DNA of 32,000 nucleotides, from the NCBI GenBank assembly GCA_015256915.3, contig CP076101.2, positions 300,001 through 332,000 of the forward strand. The letters run 5' to 3'. The notes beneath the pieces were generated by a model. It was not told the DNA's origin. It ran no database searches and was given only the letters and a program-made list of their open reading frames with translations. Source of the DNA: Candidatus Saccharimonas sp. (GTDB lineage Bacteria; Patescibacteriota; Saccharimonadia; Saccharimonadales; Saccharimonadaceae). Each line of letters begins with the position of its first letter. Position 1 is the first letter of the stretch. The position numbers and the translations under genes are program-made. Shown here piece by piece: positions 8,398-17,097 of the stretch.

Positions 8398-8426
8398 TTG
8401 CGCTTTTCTCTTAAATTTGCTAAAAT
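8398..8426 (+). promoter_or_regulatory. Promoter of the alpha-glucan operon
   Basis: TTGCGC - 17 nt - TAAAAT, with TG at the extended -10 position (TGcTAAAAT). Confidence 0.4.
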
Positions 8427-8458
8427 AGGAATGTAAATTCTAATCGTAAAGGCAAAAA

Positions 8459-9682
8459 ATGAAAATTCTAATGCTCGGGTGGGAGCTTCCTCCTCATAAC
8501 AGTGGTGGTTTGGGTGTAGCTTGTTTTTATATGGCCAAGGCACTTGTAAAAAGTGGCGCGAGTATTGAATTTGTCGTTCCGTATAAAGACAAACATACTG
8601 AAATTGATTTCATGAAAGTATTGAATGCTACGAATTTCTCTGAAATTCATAAATTTGGTGCTGGAGCTTACGATTCTCCGCATTGGATACGTTCAAGTCA
8701 TAACGCTAGCAATTTTCTACCAGATATTCGTTCGATTCAGAAAGAATATCGTGAATTTATTCGTGAATATTTAAGTAATCCAAAAAATAAACCAGATGTT
8801 ATTCATGCGCATGATTGGTTAACTGTGGAAGCTGGAATCCTTGCTAAAAAACTTACTGGTGCGCCGTTGATTACTCATATTCACGCTACCGAATTTGATC
8901 GTTCTGGTGGAATTTCTGGTAATCAAGAAATCCATGATATTGAATATGCTGGAATTTGCGCATCCGACAGGGTTTTTGCAGTTTCGAAAAATACTCGAAA
9001 TGTAATTATCAAGAAATATAAAATTAAGCCTGAAAAGGTTGAGGTGGTTTATAATGCGATCGAAACTTCAGCTCTTGCTAATCCACAAGATTACGATAAT
9101 CGAACTTACCGCTATCTTGAATATCTAAAATCACAGGGATATACTGTGATAATGACTCTAACTCGCTTTACTGTTCAGAAGGGTTTAACTTTTTTGATGC
9201 AAGCGGTTGCCGAAGCTATTTCGAAAAATTCAAAAATTGTCCTACTTCTTGTTGGGGATGGCGAACAACGCAATGAGCTTATTAAAATGGCGAGTGATTT
9301 TGGAATTTCAAACAAGATTTTCTTCACGGGATTTTTGCGGGGCGATAAATGGCGTGATGCTTACGGTGTGGCTGATGTTTTTGTGATGAGCTCAGTAAAC
9401 GAACCTTTTGGCCTAACGGCTTTAGAGGCGGCTCATTTTAACAATGCATTAATAATTTCGGAGCAATCTGGCGTAGGTGAAGTTCTTCAAAATATTTTAC
9501 GTTATGATTTTTGGGATACGAAAAAACTGGCAAACCAAATTTATGAGGTTTCAATTAATAAGAACCTTTTACAGAGTTTAAAAAATAGTGTTCGAGAGGA
9601 ATATGATCGGATTTCTTGGAGTGATATCGCCGAGCAAATTATGGAAGAATTTATACGTTTAACAGAGGTAAATAATGACTAA
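8459..9682 (+). CDS. Glycosyltransferase, glycogen-synthase-like (GT4/GT5 GT-B fold)
   Basis: 407 aa. The N-terminus MKILMLGWELPPHNSGGLGV is typical of glycogen/starch-synthase-like GT-B enzymes. The C-terminal half carries an EPFGLTALEA motif (the E-x7-E region). Confidence 0.8.
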   Translation: MKILMLGWELPPHNSGGLGVACFYMAKALVKSGASIEFVVPYKDKHTEIDFMKVLNATNFSEIHKFGAGAYDSPHWIRSSHNASNFLPDIRSIQKEYREFIREYLSNPKNKPDVIHAHDWLTVEAGILAKKLTGAPLITHIHATEFDRSGGISGNQEIHDIEYAGICASDRVFAVSKNTRNVIIKKYKIKPEKVEVVYNAIETSALANPQDYDNRTYRYLEYLKSQGYTVIMTLTRFTVQKGLTFLMQAVAEAISKNSKIVLLLVGDGEQRNELIKMASDFGISNKIFFTGFLRGDKWRDAYGVADVFVMSSVNEPFGLTALEAAHFNNALIISEQSGVGEVLQNILRYDFWDTKKLANQIYEVSINKNLLQSLKNSVREEYDRISWSDIAEQIMEEFIRLTEVNND

Positions 9683-11024
9683 GAAGTCGATTGTTCTCTA
9701 CCTTCATGTTCATCAGCCCTGGCGCATTCGTGACGATCAAACGCTTTTCGATGTTGGTACAAATAAAAATTATTTTAGCGAAGAAAAAGGCCTAAAACGG
9801 CAAAGTAATGGTGAGATTTTTCGAAAAGTTGCTGAAAAATCTTACCTCCCAATGAATAATCTGCTTGAAAAACTATTAAAAACTCACCCAGAATTTAAAT
9901 TTTCTTTTTCGATTACGGGAACTTTTATTGATCAAGCGCAAGAATTTGCGCCAGAAGTTCTCGAGAGCTTTAAGCGTCTTGTTCAAACTGGGCGAGCAGA
10001 GATTATTGCCGAGACATATTATCATAGCCTCGCCTTCTTTTTTGATCGTGAAGAATTTGAAGCTCAAGTTAGTGCGCATCAGGCAAAAATTCGTGAAGTT
10101 TTTAATGTCGAAACTACTGCTTTTCGAAACACTGAGCTTTCATATAATGATGAACTTGCTAAATGGGCAGACATTTTTGGCTTTAAAGCAATTTTAGCTG
10201 AGGGATGGGACCCAATTCTGCAATGGCGTACGCCAAATCATGTTTATAAGCCAAAAGGTACAAAAAATATTCACCTACTTCTTAAAAACTACAAGCTTTC
10301 TGACGATCTTGCTTTTCGTTTTTCGAATCGAAATTGGCAAGAATATCCGCTTACAACTCAAAAATATATCAGTTGGTTAGAATCCTCAAGCTATCATGGT
10401 GATGTGATAAATCTTTTTATGGATTATGAAACATTTGGCGAGCATCAGTGGGCGGAATCTGGAATATTTGATTTTTTCGAAAGCTTAGTTTCGTATTGGT
10501 TAAAGAAACCAGAGCACGGATTTAAAACTGTCACCGAGGCCGCTCAAAGTGAACCTGCTGCAGAAATTTCTATGCCGAATACAGTAACTTGGGCAGATAC
10601 TGAGCGTGACTTGACCGCTTGGCTCGGTAATTCAATGCAACAAGAAGCAATGAAATACCTCTATGCTTTAAAGTCGCGGGTTTACAATTCACAAAATGGA
10701 AATTTAGTTGAAGATTGGCGGCGATTAACTACAAGTGACCACCCCTATTATATGTGCACGAAATATTTTAATGATGGCGATGTTCATGCGTATTTTTCAC
10801 CATATAAATCTCCCTATGATGCTTTTTTGTACTTTATGGATACATTGCGAGATATGGATTTTCGGCTAAAAGATATTCCGCCACTTAAGCAGAAAAATAT
10901 TCGAAAAACGCAAAAAATTCTTCAAAAATCACTTTTTAAAACTCCAAAAAATACAAAACGCAAGAAAATTTTTGCGCGAATGCTTCATAGAAACTTAATG
11001 TTTACAAAACGAAAGCGAGGTTAA
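9675..11024 (+). CDS. Glycoside hydrolase family 57 protein (alpha-amylase / alpha-glucan-processing enzyme)
   Basis: 449 aa. It has an N-terminal LHVHQPWR motif and a DYETFGEH block characteristic of GH57. It overlaps the upstream gene by 8 nt (ATGACTAA) and has a basic C-terminal tail. Confidence 0.75.
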   Translation: MTKKSIVLYLHVHQPWRIRDDQTLFDVGTNKNYFSEEKGLKRQSNGEIFRKVAEKSYLPMNNLLEKLLKTHPEFKFSFSITGTFIDQAQEFAPEVLESFKRLVQTGRAEIIAETYYHSLAFFFDREEFEAQVSAHQAKIREVFNVETTAFRNTELSYNDELAKWADIFGFKAILAEGWDPILQWRTPNHVYKPKGTKNIHLLLKNYKLSDDLAFRFSNRNWQEYPLTTQKYISWLESSSYHGDVINLFMDYETFGEHQWAESGIFDFFESLVSYWLKKPEHGFKTVTEAAQSEPAAEISMPNTVTWADTERDLTAWLGNSMQQEAMKYLYALKSRVYNSQNGNLVEDWRRLTTSDHPYYMCTKYFNDGDVHAYFSPYKSPYDAFLYFMDTLRDMDFRLKDIPPLKQKNIRKTQKILQKSLFKTPKNTKRKKIFARMLHRNLMFTKRKRG

Positions 11025-11025
11025 A

Positions 11026-12990
11026 GTGGCAAAAACAGCAATTTTAAGCAATGGAAATTTAAATGTCGGGTTAAATGAATTTGGTCTGGTGAGCGATTTT
11101 TATTTTCCAGATAATGGTTATGAAAATCATACACTTGGCCGCGACCTTTTTCATCGCGTCGGAATTAAAATTGGCAATAATTTTTCTTGGCTTCATTCTG
11201 GTGAGTGGCGATTCTCGGTTGAATATTTTGAAAATGCTTTAATCTCAAAAACTGAAGCTATCAATCAAGAACTTCAAATCAAAATAACTTTTACTGATTT
11301 TGTAGCTAGTGATTTTGATGTTTTTGGGCGAAAGATCCAAGTTCAAAATCTTGCAAATTATCCGCGTGAAGTTCAGCTTTTTTTACATCAAAATTTTGCA
11401 ATTAACAGTAGTTTCCACTTAGCCGATACCGTTCAATTTTTACCTTTAGAAAATAATGAAAAGGCAATTTTGCACTATCGCGGAAAACGTGCTTTTATTA
11501 TTTCTGCTCAAAGAGTTTTTGAAAAACCTCTTCAGAATATTTTTGAAGATTTTAACCAGCATACGGTTGGCCTGTTTGGAATTGAAAATAAGCTTGGTTC
11601 TTGGGTAGATGCGGAAGATGGTATTCTTTCGGGCTCAAATGTTGAGCATGGACAGACTGATTCAGTTGTTGGGTTTGATTTTTCTCTTGGCGTTTTCGAG
11701 AATGCAGATTTTCAATACTCAATTTCTTGTGCCGATGGTCACGAGCTTGCTCGCACAAATCTTCAAAAGGTTAGAAATAATGGCTTTTCGAAAGCTTTAA
11801 ATGATACTAAAAAATATTGGCAAAAATGGCTCTCGCCTGCTTTACGAGTTTCGAAAAAACTTGATTCAAAATATCAAAAAAGTTTTATTCAAAGTTTAAT
11901 GCTAGTTAAATCTCATCTTGCGAAAACTGGTGCACCGATTGCTAGTAATGATAGTGAAATGTTGAATTATGCGCGAGACGATTATTCTTATTGTTGGCCT
12001 CGTGATGCCCTTTTTGCAATTTGGCCATTAATTCGTATTGGCTATCGTGATGAACCTCAAAAGTTTTTTGAATTTTGCAAAAGATCGTTAACTTCGGGAG
12101 GATTTATGATGCATAAATATTTACCGAATGGCGAACTTGGTCCAAGCTGGCACCCATATTCACAAGGTGGCGATACTCGAAATCTACCTATTCAGATTGA
12201 TGAAACCGCAGGAATCCTTTTCTTGTTTGCTCAATATTATAAAAAATTTCGCGAAAACTCAATTTTGAATGAATTCTATGATGATCTAGTAAAGCCGACC
12301 GCTAATTTTTTAGTAGATTTTTGTGGCGAAAATGATTTACCGAAACCAAATTATGAGCTTTGGGAGATGGATTTTCTTTCAACAACTTATTCGACTTCGG
12401 TTGTTTTTGCAGCATTATATTCCGCTTCAAAATTAGCTCAAGCGGCAAATCGCGTGCATGATGCAAAAAAATGGCGTGATCAAGCTTTAAAAATTCGTTC
12501 TACCGCACAAAATGAGCTTTTTAATGAAGAAAGCAATTATTTCTATCGTGGAATTTGGGCTGATGGCAATAAAGATCCAAAAATTGATTCATCAAGTTTT
12601 TACGGTGCATTTATGTTTAATCTTTTTGAATTTAAAGGTGAAAAATTACAGACTGCTTTTAAAACTCTTGAAAATCGTTTTAAAGCTAATAATAATATTG
12701 GGCTTCCAAGATTCGAAAACGATATTTATTATAGATTTAGTGATGACTACGAAGCAAATATTTGGCCAATAACAACACTTTGGCGTGCAGAATTTTATAT
12801 TGCTCTTGGCGAAATTTCGAAAGCGGAGGAAATTATTGAATGGGTTCTAGATCAACAAACTTCAACGGGAATTTTACCTGAACAAATTGATCCACGTGAT
12901 TTAAAGCATCTTTCGGTTGCACCGCTAACTTGGTCCCAAGCAGAGTATGTTTCAGCTTTATTGGATTTGGTCGCTTTTGAAGAAGAATAA
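11026..12990 (+). CDS. Glycoside hydrolase family 15 protein (glucoamylase-like)
   Basis: 654 aa with a GTG start after GAGG. The conserved block DYSYCWPRDA and the C-terminal LPEQIDP...APLTWSQAEYV are typical of bacterial/archaeal GH15 enzymes. Confidence 0.8.
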   Translation: MAKTAILSNGNLNVGLNEFGLVSDFYFPDNGYENHTLGRDLFHRVGIKIGNNFSWLHSGEWRFSVEYFENALISKTEAINQELQIKITFTDFVASDFDVFGRKIQVQNLANYPREVQLFLHQNFAINSSFHLADTVQFLPLENNEKAILHYRGKRAFIISAQRVFEKPLQNIFEDFNQHTVGLFGIENKLGSWVDAEDGILSGSNVEHGQTDSVVGFDFSLGVFENADFQYSISCADGHELARTNLQKVRNNGFSKALNDTKKYWQKWLSPALRVSKKLDSKYQKSFIQSLMLVKSHLAKTGAPIASNDSEMLNYARDDYSYCWPRDALFAIWPLIRIGYRDEPQKFFEFCKRSLTSGGFMMHKYLPNGELGPSWHPYSQGGDTRNLPIQIDETAGILFLFAQYYKKFRENSILNEFYDDLVKPTANFLVDFCGENDLPKPNYELWEMDFLSTTYSTSVVFAALYSASKLAQAANRVHDAKKWRDQALKIRSTAQNELFNEESNYFYRGIWADGNKDPKIDSSSFYGAFMFNLFEFKGEKLQTAFKTLENRFKANNNIGLPRFENDIYYRFSDDYEANIWPITTLWRAEFYIALGEISKAEEIIEWVLDQQTSTGILPEQIDPRDLKHLSVAPLTWSQAEYVSALLDLVAFEEE

Positions 12991-13143
12991 AAAAGACCCA
13001 TAATGATTAGTATTAATGGCCTCAAAAAACTGGCGATAATTTATAAATGTCTAATTAGCTCTTTAAAACTACTTAATTTTGTTAAAGGTTGTTTTCTAAA
13101 ATAATCTGTCTATAATAAAAATAAGATAATCTACAATAAAAAA

Positions 13144-13173
13144 ATAAGCTCTCGGTAAAAAGCTTATTTTTTA
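13144..13173. terminator. Hairpin terminator downstream of rpsH (also faces the GH15 gene)
   Basis: ATAAGCT-ctcggtaaaa-AGCTTAT with an A-run on one side and a T-run on the other. Confidence 0.5.
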
Positions 13174-13194
13174 TTGTTTTTTCTAAAGTTCAGA

Positions 13195-13596
13195 TTACCA
13201 AACTTTTAGTAATAGTTCACCGCCGAGTCGTTGTTTCTTGGCTTCAAAACCACTCATAACACCTTTTGATGTTGAAAGTAGTACCATTCCACGACCACTT
13301 TTAATGCGTGGAATTTCTTCTACGCCAACATACATTCGGCGACCTGGTTTACTCATTCGAGTAAGTTCGTTAAAGCGCGCAGCTTCACCATCTTTGGCAA
13401 TTTTTACTACCAAAATATCACGTGGTTTTGCTGATTCGACTTTAACAGATTCAATATAATTAGCTTTTGCAAGCTCTTTCGCTACAACTTCTTTCAATTT
13501 GCTTGAAGGAACACGAATTTCATTCTTGCCAACCAATGCCGCATTTCGAATGCGAGTTAGAAGGTCGGCGATGGGGTCAGTTGATTGTAATGACAT
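13195..13596 (-). CDS. rpsH: 30S ribosomal protein S8 (uS8)
   Basis: 133 aa beginning MSLQSTDPIADLLTRIRNA..., a conserved S8 N-terminus. The ORF is intact. Confidence 0.95.
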   Translation of the reverse strand: MSLQSTDPIADLLTRIRNAALVGKNEIRVPSSKLKEVVAKELAKANYIESVKVESAKPRDILVVKIAKDGEAARFNELTRMSKPGRRMYVGVEEIPRIKSGRGMVLLSTSKGVMSGFEAKKQRLGGELLLKVW

Positions 13597-13611
13597 AGTC
13601 TCTCCTTCCTT

Positions 13612-13881
13612 CTACCAACTACTTTTTGTTACGCCCGGGATTTCACCCTTTGAGGCTTTAACGCGGAAAGTGATTCGGCTCATACCAAATCGTCGCATAT
13701 AACCGCGTGGTCGACCATCAAAGTTGTCGCGGTTCTTAAGGCGTGTAGGACTTGAATTGCGTGGAAGCTTTTGAAGACCTTCTTGGTCGCCAGCGGCTTT
13801 CAATTCGGCGCGTTTTGCAGCATATTTTTCAATCATTTTTTTGCGTTTTAAGTCTTTTGCAATCATTGATTTCTTAGCCAT
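13612..13881 (-). CDS. rpsN: 30S ribosomal protein S14 (uS14), long Cys-free form
   Basis: 89 aa, [16 protein letters not shown]...[17 protein letters not shown]...GVTKSSW. The ORF is intact. Confidence 0.95.
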   Translation of the reverse strand: MAKKSMIAKDLKRKKMIEKYAAKRAELKAAGDQEGLQKLPRNSSPTRLKNRDNFDGRPRGYMRRFGMSRITFRVKASKGEIPGVTKSSW

Positions 13882-14460
13882 TTACGCTTTTCCTTTCTTT
13901 TCAAACGGAATTCCGAATTTTTCAAGCAATGCCCGACTGTGAGCTTCGCCTTCGTTTTTAATAACGAAAGTTACCTGCAAGCCGTGAAGAATTTGAGTTT
14001 CTTCAAAAGTTAGCTCTGGGAAAACAGATTGTTCTAAAATTCCCAAATTGTAATTTCCGCCTTTATCGAAACCTTTTGCTCCAACACCATGGAAGTCACG
14101 CACGCGAGGCAAAGCTACATTTACTAGGCGATCAAGAAATTCATACATTCGATCGCCACGCAAAGTTACGCTATGACCAATCGGTGCACCCATTCCACCG
14201 CGAATTTTAAAGGTTGCAATTGATTTTTTAGGCAAACGCTCTACTGGAACTTGACCAGTGATTTTTGTAATTGTATTTTTTACAACTTCTTGAAAACGCT
14301 TGTCTTCCTTTTTCTTACCTGTTCCTACGCTAACAACGATTTTTTCAAGCTTTGGAACTTGGTGGATATTTGTTAGCTCTAGTTCGCTTTGGAGTTCTTT
14401 AGCAATTTTATCTTTGTAAAGAGTTTTCAAGCGAGGAACATAAACAGCAGTTTTAGCCAT
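13882..14460 (-). CDS. rplE: 50S ribosomal protein L5 (uL5)
   Basis: 192 aa with conserved L5 blocks (NIHQVPKLEKIVVSVG, ATFKIRGGMGAPIG). The ORF is intact. Confidence 0.95.
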   Translation of the reverse strand: MAKTAVYVPRLKTLYKDKIAKELQSELELTNIHQVPKLEKIVVSVGTGKKKEDKRFQEVVKNTITKITGQVPVERLPKKSIATFKIRGGMGAPIGHSVTLRGDRMYEFLDRLVNVALPRVRDFHGVGAKGFDKGGNYNLGILEQSVFPELTFEETQILHGLQVTFVIKNEGEAHSRALLEKFGIPFEKKGKA

Positions 14461-14723
14461 TATTTATCTCCTTTTTTGCTTGATTTAGCGCTTTTAGCTT
14501 CTACTTTTTTAACTTTATGAACTGGAGTTGGAACATGAATGTCCTTTACTCCACCGCGCGGATTGAATTGATTTGGTTTGATGTGGCGATGTTTTTTACC
14601 AACACCTTCAACCAAAACAGCATTTTTCTTTGGCAAAACTTTTACAACTTCACCAGTAACACCTTTATCTTTTCCGCTGATAATTACAACATTATCACCC
14701 TTAACGATTCCATTTAACGCCAC
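14460..14723 (-). CDS. rplX: 50S ribosomal protein L24 (uL24)
   Basis: 87 aa with a GTG start and the KOW motif VKGDNVVIISGKDKG. The ORF is intact, and its stop overlaps the rplE start (TAATG). Confidence 0.9.
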   Translation of the reverse strand: MALNGIVKGDNVVIISGKDKGVTGEVVKVLPKKNAVLVEGVGKKHRHIKPNQFNPRGGVKDIHVPTPVHKVKKVEAKSAKSSKKGDK

Positions 14724-14726
14724 TTA

Positions 14727-15097
14727 TTAGAGCACCTCGGAGCCTAAGCTGATAATTTTGCTGTATCCCAAATCACGAAGTTCGCGTGGCACAGGACCAA
14801 ATACACGAGTCGCTTTTGGTGTTTTGTCGTCAGCGATAATTACGGCCGCATTATCATCAGAAGCAGATAGTCGAACCATCTTTTCGACGAATTTGGTGCC
14901 AGTTCGCACGACAACAGCTTTCACAACTGATTTCTTTTTAATATTACCAGTTACGGTTTAGCATCTTTAACAGTAACAACAATGATATCACCAACTCGTG
15001 CGTATCGGCGTTTTGAACCACCTAGTACACGAATGCAAAGGATCTCTTTTGCGCCACTGTTATCTGTTACTTTAAGTCGGCTTTCTTGCTGAATCAT
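14727..15097 (-). pseudogene. rplN: 50S ribosomal protein L14 (uL14), interrupted by one frameshift as sequenced
   Basis: From the ATG at 15097 the translation [48 protein letters not shown] hits TAA at 14951-14953. The next frame continues [19 protein letters not shown]...[24 protein letters not shown]. Confidence 0.9.
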
Positions 15098-15369
15098 TAT
15101 GCCTCCTCTTTCAATTCTACTGAACCTCGAGCTTTTTCGACAATTTCAACTAAAGCAAAACTCTTAGTTTTCGAAAGTGGTCCGAACTTCTTTAATCGAT
15201 AACTTTGTCACCTTCACCAGCTTCATTGTTTTCATCATGAGCAGTATATTTTCGAGTTACAGTATATTGCTTGCCGTAAATTAGATTGTGTTTCACGGCT
15301 ATGAACTATTGCAGTGATAGTTTTGTCGGCTTTAGCGCTCGAAACAACACCTGTCAATGTAGTCGCCAT
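15097..15369 (-). pseudogene. rpsQ: 30S ribosomal protein S17 (uS17), at least 3 frameshifts as sequenced
   Basis: Stitching three frames gives MATTLTGVVSSAKADKTITAIVHSR / KHNLIYGKQYTVTRKYTAHDENNEAGEGDKVI / IKEVR / [17 protein letters not shown]. No ORF of 60 aa or more survives in the track. Confidence 0.85.
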
Positions 15370-15779
15370 TAGATTTCACCTTTCTTTACGAATTTAACTT
15401 TTACTGAAGTTTGTGGCCAGCAAGCCGCATAGCTTCATGCAACCTTCTGAAACACCGTTCATTTCGAACATAACTGTTCCAGCTTACGCTTTAGCCACAA
15501 AGAATTCTGGATTTCCCTTACCGCTACCCATTTTCACATCTTGTGGTTTCGAGTAACTGGTGTATGAGGGAATATTCGAATCAAACGACCACCACGTTTA
15601 ATATAACGAGTCATCGCTGTTCGGGCTGATTCGATTTGTCGCGAGTTGATTCGCTCGTTCTCAAGGCTAGCCAATCCATAGTCACCGAAGGCAACAGTGT
15701 TTCCACGAGTTGCTCGGCCTGGGTTTTTACCTTTTCGAACTTTTCGGTGAGCGGTTTTCTTTGGTAATAAAATAGCCAT
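15369..15779 (-). pseudogene. rplP: 50S ribosomal protein L16 (uL16), frameshifts plus one in-frame TAA as sequenced
   Basis: The N-terminus [36 protein letters not shown]...[16 protein letters not shown] is intact. After that the fragments are [21 protein letters not shown], a TAA at 15484-15486, AGTVMFEMNGVSE, HEAMRLAGHKL and VKVKFVKKGEI, spread over other frames. Confidence 0.85.
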
Positions 15780-16402
15780 TACTTGTCGTTCGCACCACCT
15801 TTATTAATCCAAACTTTTTGTCAATCATTCCAGCAGGAGTTTGTGAACGTGCTCCGTGGTAGTTGATATCTGCGAATTGTATGAAGAGGAACAGATCCTT
15901 CAGAGAATTTCTCGCGGCGGCTCATTTCAGCTCCACCCAATCGTCCAGCAACCTCGATACGAACACCTTTCGCACCGGCTTGCATTGTATTTTGCAATGC
16001 CATTTTACTGGCTCGGCGGAAGTTAATTCGTCGCTCAATTGTCTAGCAATATTTTCAGCAACCAATTTAGCCGAAAGCTCCGGTCGACGAGCTTCTTCAA
16101 TATTGATTCGAACTGGTAAACTCACCATTTTTTCAAGTTGAGTCTTAAGTTCTTGAACACCAGCACCACCACGACCAATTACAACGCCAGCTTTTGCTGT
16201 ATGAATTGAAACAGTGATAAGGTTTCCTGTTCGTTCAATTTCGATTCGGTCAATTGTTGGTCACCGAATCTCGATAGTTTTCGAATTTTTGTCGTCTTCA
16301 ATTAAGAATTTCGCAAAATCTTTTTTCTGGGCAAAACCATCGTGAATCCCAGTTTTTATGAGCTTGCAAACGGAAGCTAATCGGATTAACTTTTTGACCC
16401 AT
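15779..16402 (-). pseudogene. rpsC: 30S ribosomal protein S3 (uS3), multiple frameshifts as sequenced
   Basis: Fragments lie in different frames: MGQKVNPISFRLQAHKNWDSRWF; [30 protein letters not shown]; [44 protein letters not shown]. These are the KH and C-terminal S3 blocks. Confidence 0.85.
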
Positions 16403-16816
16403 TATTTGCTCTGCTTTCTCTGCTTTCGCGATAGTTTTCTTAACCTCAGCTTTTTTAGCTGGAGCTTTCTTCTCTTTAACAACGCCAGAAACTTCGACCA
16501 AAATGTTTGAAGTTTTTTCTGGAAAGGAAGTGCCATTCCTCGCATATGAGGTTTAAATCGCTTCAATCGTGATCAGCAGTAACCGACAAAGTTGTGATTA
16601 CAAGAGTTTTTGGATCGGCGTTATCGTTATTTTTAGCATTAGCTGCAGCTGATTGGATAGCTTTTTTAACAGCTAAACACTTCGACGTGGAGTGTGATCA
16701 AGAATTACTAATGCATCAGCAGCAGTTCGACCACGAACAAGACTTGCCGGTGAGAAACTTTTTCGTGGAGTCTGACCAATACCTTTAATGTAGGCACGAG
16801 TTGTTACATTAGCCAT
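16402..16816 (-). pseudogene. rplV: 50S ribosomal protein L22 (uL22), multiple frameshifts as sequenced
   Basis: From the ATG at 16816 the translation [19 protein letters not shown]...SLVRGRTAADALVILDHTPRRS runs into a stop. Later fragments are KKAIQSAAANAKNNDNADPKTLVI and ...ILVEVSGVVKEKKAPAKK. The exact 3' end is uncertain because the tail frame runs into rpsC. Confidence 0.8.
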
Positions 16817-17079
16817 TATTTCTTATCCTTTCCGCCGTGTTTTCGATTTATACGTGTTGGCGCAAATTCATAAGTTTGTGTCCAACCATATTCTCTGAAA
16901 TATATACGGAATATGTAAACGTCGTTGTGAACAGCGATAGTTCGACCAACCATTTCTGGTGTAATTGTACTTGAGCGAGCCCAGGTTTTAATCACTGTTC
17001 GGTCATCTGCTCCAAGAGCCGCTACCTTTTTAGCAAGCTTGAAGTCGATAAACGGACCTTTTTTCAATGAACGACTCAT
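16816..17079 (-). CDS. rpsS: 30S ribosomal protein S19 (uS19); ORF is open but contains a compensated double frameshift
   Basis: The 87-aa ORF matches S19 at both ends ([15 protein letters not shown]..., ...[13 protein letters not shown]). The internal stretch [17 protein letters not shown] is non-S19, and the alternative frame reads the conserved [12 protein letters not shown]. Confidence 0.85.
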   Translation of the reverse strand: MSRSLKKGPFIDFKLAKKVAALGADDRTVIKTWARSSTITPEMVGRTIAVHNDVYIFRIYFREYGWTQTYEFAPTRINRKHGGKDKK

Positions 17080-17097
17080 TTATTTTCTCTCTTGGCT

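Noticed and set aside
15863-16788. Plus-strand ORFs 15863..16141 and 16594..16788 within the damaged r-protein block.
   Set aside because: They are antisense to recognisable uS3 and uL22 coding sequence and have no expression signals.
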